NCBI GenBank assembly: GCA_964431825.1
Contig: CAYSLN010000002.1
Location: 1 to 37,404 of the forward strand
Length of the DNA stretch: 37,404 bases
Reading direction: 5' to 3'
Source of the DNA: an uncultured Pirellulales bacterium
GTDB taxonomy: Bacteria > Planctomycetota > Phycisphaerae > Sedimentisphaerales > Anaerobacaceae
Part shown: piece by piece, positions 26,235 through 33,185 of the stretch
Layout: each line of letters begins with the position of its first letter
Position numbering within the stretch: position 1 is the stretch's first letter
The notes under the pieces: generated by a model
The model's database searches: none
Told to the model about the DNA's origin: nothing
The model's input: only the letters and a program-made list of their open reading frames with translations
Translations under genes and position numbers: made by a program

Positions 26235-27878
26235 ATGAAGCTATTCGGCACAGCTCAGCCTTTTATAGAATCCCGGGAAAACTCATTTAAAATTGGCAGG
26301 CTTGTAGCCAACTATGATTTTTTCAAAGCCCTTTTCAAATACTCTGACTTTGACGAGTTCCATATCTTCTGTCCAACTTTTGCTAATTGCCAACTAACCC
26401 AGAAAAGAATTTCAGAAGAAAACATCCCAAACGAACACAAAACAAGAATCAAGGTTTCCCATATTGCATCGCTGAAAAAATCGATAGCAGAAAACAATTA
26501 CCATATTTTCCATCTTGGTGGCTGGGGATTTTTCTTCCCTGGCCTTATCCATCTTCGCAACATTTATTCGCCCAGACCTTTCCCAATCACAGGTGTTACC
26601 CACTCCCTTAATGTAAAACAGGCCTCATTCTATGCGCTTAAAGTCTGCACAGCTCCTGTCCTGCCGTTTGATTCGATAGTATGCACCAGCAACTGCGGCA
26701 AAAAGGTCCTGAAAAAATTATTTGAAGTAACAGAAAACAATTTTAATCGAATGAAATTTAAATATCGGGGGCGAATGGATGTTATTCCATTAGGTATTGA
26801 TGATGCTTACAGAACCGTTCCAGACCGTAGCCAAAGCAGAAAGTCACTTGGAATAGACGATGATTCTTTTGTAATACTTTCGCTGGGACGTCTTGCATCG
26901 GATAATAAAATGGATTTTGCTCCATTCCTGACTGCCATAAAGCGATTTACAATAAAAAATAAAGACAAGAAAATAATCTTTATTCTTGCCGGTGGCGCTG
27001 ACAACCACGAGCAAAAACTTATAAAAACCCTCTTACAGGAAAATCAACTTGAAGATACTACTAAATTATTTATTAATTTTGAGGACAATAAAAAAAAACT
27101 TTTGTACAGCGCCGCAGACATATACACAGCTCCTATTGACAACTTCCAGGAAACTTTTGGGCTTTCCGTCGTAGAGGCAATGGCTTATGAATGCGCTGTT
27201 GTGGTTTCCGATTTTAATGGCTATTCCGAAATTGTAGATCACGATATAAACGGCATCAAGGTTCCGACTTTTTGGGCTGACGCAACAAGAGAATTCGAGG
27301 GTGTTTCAGAAATAATGAATTTTCCCACTTACCAGCTACTTCTTAGCCAGTCTGTTGCCGTTGACCTCGACAAGATGTCCGAGGTCTTCCAGGAATTGCT
27401 TGAAACCCCCGAAAAATGCAGGGAATTAGCAAAAGCGGCGAGAAAAAAGGTGGAACAAAATTACTTTTGGTCGGATGTTGTAAAGCAGTATTGTGCCTTA
27501 TGGGATGAGCTTGCCGAGCAGGCCAAAAGCAGTTCCGTCGACGTTGAGAAACCAAAGAATCCCTGGGAAATTGACTATTTCTCCATCTTTTCGCACTACC
27601 CTTCAAAGATTTTATCCGACAATAGCATGATATACTTATCTGAATATGGCCGGCAGGCCCTTGAGTCCGGCGATATCCCTGTTTCGTATTCGGATGTAGG
27701 CGCCAGCGCCGTTATACCACAGCTTATCACCATCGCACTGAAGCTCATAGACCAAAATCCAATCACAGCTTCACAATTTACCAATTCTCTGCAAAAACAT
27801 GTCGCGATATCAGATTCTACCGCACTGTATTATCTTTTATGGATGGCAAAGTATAATCTTGTGGGTATTTCCGATTGA
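26235..27878 (+). CDS. GT-B fold glycosyltransferase, group 1 (CAZy GT4-like), with a roughly 150-aa C-terminal extension
   Basis: EX7E motif ETFGLSVVEAMAYECAVVVSD, followed by GYSEIVDHDINGIKV, typical of Glycos_transf_1. There is a GGAAAG SD-like element before the ATG. Confidence 0.85.
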   Translation: MKLFGTAQPFIESRENSFKIGRLVANYDFFKALFKYSDFDEFHIFCPTFANCQLTQKRISEENIPNEHKTRIKVSHIASLKKSIAENNYHIFHLGGWGFFFPGLIHLRNIYSPRPFPITGVTHSLNVKQASFYALKVCTAPVLPFDSIVCTSNCGKKVLKKLFEVTENNFNRMKFKYRGRMDVIPLGIDDAYRTVPDRSQSRKSLGIDDDSFVILSLGRLASDNKMDFAPFLTAIKRFTIKNKDKKIIFILAGGADNHEQKLIKTLLQENQLEDTTKLFINFEDNKKKLLYSAADIYTAPIDNFQETFGLSVVEAMAYECAVVVSDFNGYSEIVDHDINGIKVPTFWADATREFEGVSEIMNFPTYQLLLSQSVAVDLDKMSEVFQELLETPEKCRELAKAARKKVEQNYFWSDVVKQYCALWDELAEQAKSSSVDVEKPKNPWEIDYFSIFSHYPSKILSDNSMIYLSEYGRQALESGDIPVSYSDVGASAVIPQLITIALKLIDQNPITASQFTNSLQKHVAISDSTALYYLLWMAKYNLVGISD

Positions 27879-27882
27879 GCTT

Positions 27883-28731
27883 ATGGTTTCTAATCAATCC
27901 AACGAAAAAACCGTTCAGAGTAGTAGTGATGCCGCAGGGCCGCTTGTATCAGTTATTGTACCAACCTATAACCGTCCCGATTCATTGGGGGAGGCCCTAG
28001 ATAGCATTGCAAAACAGACATTTAGAAATATCGAAGTCATTGTCGTCAACGATGGAGGTTGTGACGTTCAAAACGTAATCGAGGCAGCCTCGGAAAACAT
28101 TAATATCAAATACCTTTGTCATCACAATAACAAAGGACTCCCGGCAGCCCGCAATACCGGAATACGTAAAGCTCAGGGTAAATACATTACTTATCTGGAT
28201 GACGATGACATGTTGTATCCAGCTCACATACAAACACTGGCACATTTCCTCGAAACGACCGCATACCACGTAGCATATACAGATGCCTACCGCATCCTGC
28301 AGGAAAAACGAGATGGCACTTATATTACACTTGCAAAAGAAATCTACTATTCTCAGGATTTCAATCGAGATTACTTTCTTGTCGCAAGCTATATAGCAGT
28401 CCAGACTATCATGCACGAAAAAACATGCCTTGAAAAGGTAGGATATTTTGACGAGTCTCTGACTACTCACGAGGACCTTGATATGTGGATCCGACTGTCA
28501 CACAACTATGAATTTGCCCATATCCCCAAAGTCACTTCCGAGTTCAAGGAAAAAAACGATGGTATTTCTGTCACCAGTTCTAACAAGCTGAGGCGACTAA
28601 CAAATTTGAAACTAATCTACAAGCGATATAGCAAATGGGCATCTCCTGAAATACGTTATCTGCAGAAAAGAGTTCTACAGCGAATGTATGCCAACTATGG
28701 CCTTGATATGCCTCTGAGCCTAAAATCATAA
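27883..28731 (+). CDS. GT-A fold glycosyltransferase, family 2
   Basis: LVSVIVPTYNRPDSLGEALDSIAKQTF.NIEVIVVNDGG, the DXD region YITYLDDDDMLYP, and HEDLDMWIRL. The start is set at ATG 27883, 5 nt after the upstream stop, rather than 27799, which overlaps the upstream gene. Confidence 0.88.
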   Translation: MVSNQSNEKTVQSSSDAAGPLVSVIVPTYNRPDSLGEALDSIAKQTFRNIEVIVVNDGGCDVQNVIEAASENINIKYLCHHNNKGLPAARNTGIRKAQGKYITYLDDDDMLYPAHIQTLAHFLETTAYHVAYTDAYRILQEKRDGTYITLAKEIYYSQDFNRDYFLVASYIAVQTIMHEKTCLEKVGYFDESLTTHEDLDMWIRLSHNYEFAHIPKVTSEFKEKNDGISVTSSNKLRRLTNLKLIYKRYSKWASPEIRYLQKRVLQRMYANYGLDMPLSLKS

Positions 28732-29082
28732 AATGCTGAACACACACTTAAATCAAACAGGGCCCTAAATTCTGTCTAAAATAAACTCTGGCGGAATCAG
28801 ACTGTCTTTTTGCAATTTTCCTGAAGAACTATCCTGTTTCTCGGTTCAATTCAAATTGGGCAGAAATGCCACTTATCCCGGCGTAGGGCCCGTTTTTTTC
28901 ATTTTATTTATCATCTCTAACAGCGTAACACACACTTATCAGTATCATCAACGATGATATTACAGGCCCGATATTTTTGCCGTTTTTCCCAACCTAAAAA
29001 CCCCTTAAGTTTTTTTTATCTCAATCGAAAATGCACATTGAAAGGATTCTTTTCTCACGATGTGCTCGTTGCGCATTGAAAG

Positions 29083-29109
29083 AAAATGAAGGCTTGACGG
29101 AGCCGAAAA
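29083..29109 (+). promoter_or_regulatory. Weak candidate sigma28 (FliA)-type promoter for flagellin
   Basis: GCCGAAAA at 29102-29109 matches the -10 consensus GCCGATAA at 7 of 8 positions. Fifteen nt upstream is AAAA rather than TAAA. No -24/-12 element exists in this 414-nt intergenic region. Confidence 0.3.
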
Positions 29110-29145
29110 AAGTAAACGTTTATTTTTTTAAAAGGAGCCAAGATT

Positions 29146-30480
29146 ATGTTAGCGATTAAGAACAACATTATGGCGGATAATGCTGCCAGACACTTGGGCA
29201 AAGCATATGACAGCCTGGCCCAGAGTGTCGAAAGGCTCGCATCAGGCCTCCGAATAAATGGGGCGAAAGATGATGCAGCCGGTTTGGCTGTACGAGAGTT
29301 AATTCGTGCAGATGTCGCCGTCCTCCAGCAAGGTGGACGTAATGCCTCGGACGGCATTAGTATGTTGCAGACGATGGAAGGTGCGATGGCTGTTATAGAC
29401 GACGCTCTCATCCGAATGAAAGAGCTGGCTGAACAAGCCGCAACAGGCTCATATTCTGACGACCAGCGTATTATTATGAACGCTGAGTTCGCAGAAATGG
29501 CCGCAGAAATCGACCGTATCGCCGGTGCAACATCGTTTAACGGCATCAGGATGCTGACTACTGTTGACAGCACCGACGATGTCTCGATTCACGTTGGTAC
29601 AACCAGTACAATCGACATCTCGAGGCAGGACATGAGAACCAGCAGTTCCGGCCTTAATATCGCAACCGGCAGCGCCGGAGCAGAGGTTGTCTCGGTTGAT
29701 GCTAGTGGTATGACATTACCAACTACCGCCGGCTTCCTGACAATTGACAATACCGATGATGCAGCCGCCACCGTGACAATTGGGATTACATTTACCGATG
29801 ATGATTCTTCCACCGATGAGGAATCCATCTCCGTGGTGTTCTCAGACGCTGCCTCAGCCGGCGCTACCAGCTATACACTGCAGCAGGTTGTCGATGCTAT
29901 TAATACAGCCAGTCAGAACATCAACGTAAACGATACGAATGGTAACTCGCTGAACTACTCGATGGCTTCGGCTTATCTGGACACCTCTGAGAACACGTAT
30001 AAGCTAAAGCTCGAATCGCAGGCAAGCACCGCAGACAGTGTAGCAATTACGGCAACAGCCAGTGCCGATGGTGTTGAAGTGGATGGCTGGATTGTCGAAC
30101 CCGATGACTTTACCACCCCGATAAGCATCATAAGCACTGGTGATTACGCTGCTTTCGACGCAGTTTCAGCAGGTACGGGTATTAACATCCTGACTACTGC
30201 CGCTGCAGCGACCGCTTTGACGAGTGTCACTAGTGCAATTACCACCAAGGATACTGCCCGTGCGGCATTCGGTTACAAAATGAACCGTCTTGAGAGCACG
30301 ATAGCGATTCTCGACGTTCAGGCCGAGAATCTGATGGCTGCAGAAAGCCGAGTTTCTGATGTCGATGTCGCAACAGAGATGGCATCGATGACCAGAACGC
30401 AGGTACTTGCGCAAGCTGGTATCAGCATGCTGGCTCAGGCAAACGCCATGCCACAAATGGCCCTTTCACTGCTCAGATAA
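29146..30480 (+). CDS. fliC: Flagellin
   Basis: N-domain LAQSVERLASGLRINGAKDDAAGLAVRELIRADVAVLQQGGRNASDGISMLQTMEGAM. C-domain RVSDVDVATEMASMTRTQVLAQAGISMLAQANAMPQMALSLLR. Strong SD (AAAGGAG) 7-8 nt upstream of the ATG. Confidence 0.96.
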   Translation: MLAIKNNIMADNAARHLGKAYDSLAQSVERLASGLRINGAKDDAAGLAVRELIRADVAVLQQGGRNASDGISMLQTMEGAMAVIDDALIRMKELAEQAATGSYSDDQRIIMNAEFAEMAAEIDRIAGATSFNGIRMLTTVDSTDDVSIHVGTTSTIDISRQDMRTSSSGLNIATGSAGAEVVSVDASGMTLPTTAGFLTIDNTDDAAATVTIGITFTDDDSSTDEESISVVFSDAASAGATSYTLQQVVDAINTASQNINVNDTNGNSLNYSMASAYLDTSENTYKLKLESQASTADSVAITATASADGVEVDGWIVEPDDFTTPISIISTGDYAAFDAVSAGTGINILTTAAAATALTSVTSAITTKDTARAAFGYKMNRLESTIAILDVQAENLMAAESRVSDVDVATEMASMTRTQVLAQAGISMLAQANAMPQMALSLLR

Positions 30481-30508
30481 ACACATATTGATTATTGAAC
30501 AATCTCTG

Positions 30509-30540
30509 GGGGAGATTGGCCGGCATCGGCCAATCTCCCC
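30509..30540 (+). terminator. Perfect 14-bp-stem hairpin downstream of flagellin (terminator or attenuator / RNA-stability element)
   Basis: GGGGAGATTGGCCG - GCAT - CGGCCAATCTCCCC, starting 29 nt after the fliC stop. No U-tract follows (ATTAGTT), so this is not a textbook intrinsic terminator. Confidence 0.55.
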
Positions 30541-30592
30541 ATTAGTTAGGAACGCAATAATATATATCAAAGCATATTAACGGAGTAATATT

Positions 30593-30952
30593 ATGAAAAG
30601 CATCGAAACATATCAGGAAAACGCGGTTACCACACAAAGCAAAGGCCGAATCGTTGTCATGCTCTACGAAGGAGCCATAAAATTCTTGAAGCTGGCTAAA
30701 AAAGAAATTGAAGCAAAAAACCACGAAGCAAAGAGCAAGTACATAAACAAAGCTCTGGATATAATCAACGAACTCAACACCGTTCTGGATATGGAGGCCG
30801 GTGGCGAAGTCGCGACGAATCTCCGTAGTTTGTATATGTTTATGATTCGCCATCTTCACCAGGCCAATATAAAACAAGACCCTGTGAAGATTGACGAAGT
30901 AATCAAGCTGTTGGAAGAACTGAACCAGAGTTGGAAAGCAATTTCCGGCTAA
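30593..30952 (+). CDS. fliS: Flagellin-specific export chaperone FliS
   Basis: 119 aa. YQENAVTTQSKGRIVVMLYEGAIKFL and NKALDIINELNTVLDME.GGEVATNLRSLYMFMIRHL are typical FliS four-helix-bundle motifs. GGAG SD upstream. Confidence 0.9.
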   Translation: MKSIETYQENAVTTQSKGRIVVMLYEGAIKFLKLAKKEIEAKNHEAKSKYINKALDIINELNTVLDMEAGGEVATNLRSLYMFMIRHLHQANIKQDPVKIDEVIKLLEELNQSWKAISG

Positions 30953-31060
30953 AACCACCTGCTGAAATATAGTTGGACCGTATAATATCCTGACACCTCG
31001 ACCTCCTCAGCAAGAGGTAAAACCAGCTTTATTAGTCAAAAACTGTTCATTTCAGGCATT

Positions 31061-31076
31061 TGGCACAGTTATTGCT
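31061..31076 (+). promoter_or_regulatory. sigma54 (-24/-12) promoter, TGGCACAGTTATTGCT
   Basis: Exact TGGCAC-N5-TTGC with GG-N10-GC spacing, in a 313-nt intergenic region. It predicts a leader of about 180 nt before the first TPR-GT41 gene. Confidence 0.7.
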
Positions 31077-31200
31077 GCTTTTTTTACGGACAAAGTATTT
31101 GCTAAGAAGGCTCAAACCCTTCAGGACAATTAGTTATATGGATTCTGTTACGGCTGATATAAGGACTGAAACAGATACGCAAACCCCAAGTTGCTGGTGC

Positions 31201-31210
31201 GGGGGGGGGG
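31201..31210 (+). repeat. G10 homopolymeric tract in the leader of the TPR-GT41 operon
   Basis: Ten consecutive G residues flanked by C on both sides, read directly from the sequence. The tract lies between the sigma54 promoter (31061) and the ATG at 31266. Confidence 0.95.
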
Positions 31211-31265
31211 CTGATTCCATTGTTATTTTTAGTTTAGTTTGCGCGTCTAATTAAAAAAGACAGAA

Positions 31266-33131
31266 ATGGGGCAAAACAGAAAAATCCGTCGTGTGAGTCA
31301 TCGTAACAAAAAGAGCACAAACTCTTTGGGCTCTAAAGATAACAAAAACCGGCAAAGAACCTTGCTATTCGACGACTGGAAAGCAGAGATGCCCCAGTGG
31401 CTGAAAGATGCCTATGCCGCAGTTGAGGATGGTCAAATCCAAGAAGCTACTCGGCTTCTGGAAGAAAAAGCAGTTCAAAAGGCAATGGAGGGAATGTCCG
31501 GCTTGTCCAAAACTTTTACAAAGTATGGAATGGCGACGTTGCTGAGTCAAATCGGACAGGTAAAAAGAGCAGAGGATATCTATGAAGAGGTTTTGAAGAT
31601 AAATCCTCATCCCGCAGTCTACAACGATTTGGCTACTATATACAAGAATTCGGGGCGGCTTAATCAAGCCATACGGTATTTTAAAATAGCCATTGAAAAA
31701 GACCCGAATGAACCGCTACTGTGGGGCAATCTTGGCATCAGCCTGATGCGTTTGGGCCAAGTAGACAAAGCCATCGCATTGTTGCGACAAGCGGTGGAAA
31801 AATTGCCAAATAATAACTATGTGCGTTCAAACCTGCTGCTCCACATGCATTATTCACCTGAGGTCGATCATTCAATGATATTTGAAGAATCCAGGCGATG
31901 GGCACAGAGGAATGTGTCCGAGAGCCTAGCTAAGACATCTCACAGAAACACTCCCGACCCCGAGCGAAAGCTTCGAATCGGTTACGTCTCTCCGGACTTC
32001 CGCACGCATTCCGTAACATATTTTTTCGAACCGCTACTTGACGCACATAATCGAGATATTGTGGAAGTTTATGGGTACGGCAATATCAAACATTATGACG
32101 CTACAACCGAGAGGCTCAGGGATAAATTCGACCATTACAGGAATATTCGGCCGCTTGATGACAAAGCAACGGCCGAATTAATCGAAAACGATTGCATCGA
32201 TATCCTTGTGGACATGGCGGGACACTCAGCAGATAGCAGAATTTACGCAATGGCTTATAAACCGGCTCCGATACAGGTGACTTGGCTGGGCTATCCTGAT
32301 ACGACGGGAATGAGCCAAATAGATTATCGATTGACCGATGAGATTGCCGATCCTGTGGGTTCTGAGAAGTTTTATACCGAAGAATTATTTTATTTGCCGG
32401 ATGGCTTTCTCTGTTACGGACCCGGTGAGATGATGCCCCCAGTTGCTCAATCGCCTTGCCAAGCAAAAGGCAGCATTACTTTCGGCTCCTTCAACAATAG
32501 TACCAAGATAAATCCTGTTGTTATAGCGATGTGGTCGCGGATATTAAAATCCACGCCGGGTTCTTCGCTGTTATTGAAATTCAAATCCGGTAGCGATGAT
32601 GAGATTCGCCAAATGTTCCTTGAACGTTTTGAGAAACATGGAATCTCTCGCGACAGAGTAGCAACTTCCGGCTGGTTACAAAGTCGCCAGCATCTCGAAT
32701 TATATGGACAGGTCGATATAGCTCTGGATACTTTTCCTTATAACGGTACTACAACTACGTGCCAAGCACTTCTGATGGGAGTACCGGTTATTTCACTGGC
32801 GGGCGAGCACCATATGTCGAGGGTCGGACGCAGTATTCTAAGCCGCCTGGGGCTGGAATTCTTTGTCGCATCAACACCTAATGAGTATGTCGCAAAGGCA
32901 GTCGCTCTTGCGTCGAATCAGGATGCCCTTGGCAAAATCAGGTCTACCATGCGTGCGAGGATGGCTGTCAGTCCGCTTTGTAACAAGGCTAAATTCGCGG
33001 AAAACATCGAATGTGCTTATCGTCAGATGTGGCGTCGTTGGTGCGAATCACAGGACAACGATGATTTAGCTGAAGTCGAAAATTCGCAAGAAAAACAACG
33101 ACCGCTAAAAGTGTTTAAGCACTCAAATTGA
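31266..33131 (+). CDS. TPR + GT41-like (SPINDLY/OGT-type, FlmG-like) glycosyltransferase, paralog 1
   Basis: The N-terminal region of about 235 aa carries TPR units (e.g. AVYNDLATIYKNSGRLNQAIRYFKIAIEKDPNEP). The C-terminal blocks are LRIGYVSPDFRTHSVTYFFEPLL.AHNR...EVYGY, KPAPIQVTWLGYPDTTG..QIDYR.TDE, ITFGSFNN..KIN and DIALDTFPYNGTTTTCQALLMGVPVISL. These are typical of the COG3914/Glyco_transf_41 family. Confidence 0.85.
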   Translation: MGQNRKIRRVSHRNKKSTNSLGSKDNKNRQRTLLFDDWKAEMPQWLKDAYAAVEDGQIQEATRLLEEKAVQKAMEGMSGLSKTFTKYGMATLLSQIGQVKRAEDIYEEVLKINPHPAVYNDLATIYKNSGRLNQAIRYFKIAIEKDPNEPLLWGNLGISLMRLGQVDKAIALLRQAVEKLPNNNYVRSNLLLHMHYSPEVDHSMIFEESRRWAQRNVSESLAKTSHRNTPDPERKLRIGYVSPDFRTHSVTYFFEPLLDAHNRDIVEVYGYGNIKHYDATTERLRDKFDHYRNIRPLDDKATAELIENDCIDILVDMAGHSADSRIYAMAYKPAPIQVTWLGYPDTTGMSQIDYRLTDEIADPVGSEKFYTEELFYLPDGFLCYGPGEMMPPVAQSPCQAKGSITFGSFNNSTKINPVVIAMWSRILKSTPGSSLLLKFKSGSDDEIRQMFLERFEKHGISRDRVATSGWLQSRQHLELYGQVDIALDTFPYNGTTTTCQALLMGVPVISLAGEHHMSRVGRSILSRLGLEFFVASTPNEYVAKAVALASNQDALGKIRSTMRARMAVSPLCNKAKFAENIECAYRQMWRRWCESQDNDDLAEVENSQEKQRPLKVFKHSN

Positions 33132-33185
33132 TCGTTCCAATAAATCGCCTCGGTCAGTCTGAGTAATTTAAAGCCAAAGACTAAG

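Noticed and set aside
27799-27882. Upstream extension of the GT2 ORF that overlaps the 3' end of the GT4 gene by 80 nt.
   Set aside because: ATG 27883 lies 5 nt after the GT4 stop, and the conserved GT2 N-terminus (VSVIVPTYN) begins about 25 residues later. The extension is hydrophobic out-of-frame read-through of the upstream gene.
28857-28900. T7 run after GGGCCCG, considered as an intrinsic terminator for the fliK-GT4-GT2 unit.
   Set aside because: I could not fold a convincing stem immediately upstream of the T-run; only 3-4 bp pairings are available.
31060-31254. 64-aa ORF (TTG start) containing the G10 tract. An internal ATG at 31138 would give a 38-aa peptide.
   Set aside because: The TTG start lies inside the predicted sigma54 -24 element, so it would not be transcribed from that promoter. 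There is no Shine-Dalgarno sequence, and the composition is low-complexity. Frame changes at the G tract do not connect it to the downstream gene. I treat the region as a leader, not a gene.
31077-31265. Idea that the roughly 190-nt leader is a known riboswitch, for example a c-di-GMP class, given ACGCAAACCCC.
   Set aside because: Only a short fragment resembles conserved riboswitch segments. I cannot reconstruct the required helices by eye. A covariance-model search (Rfam/Infernal) would be needed.
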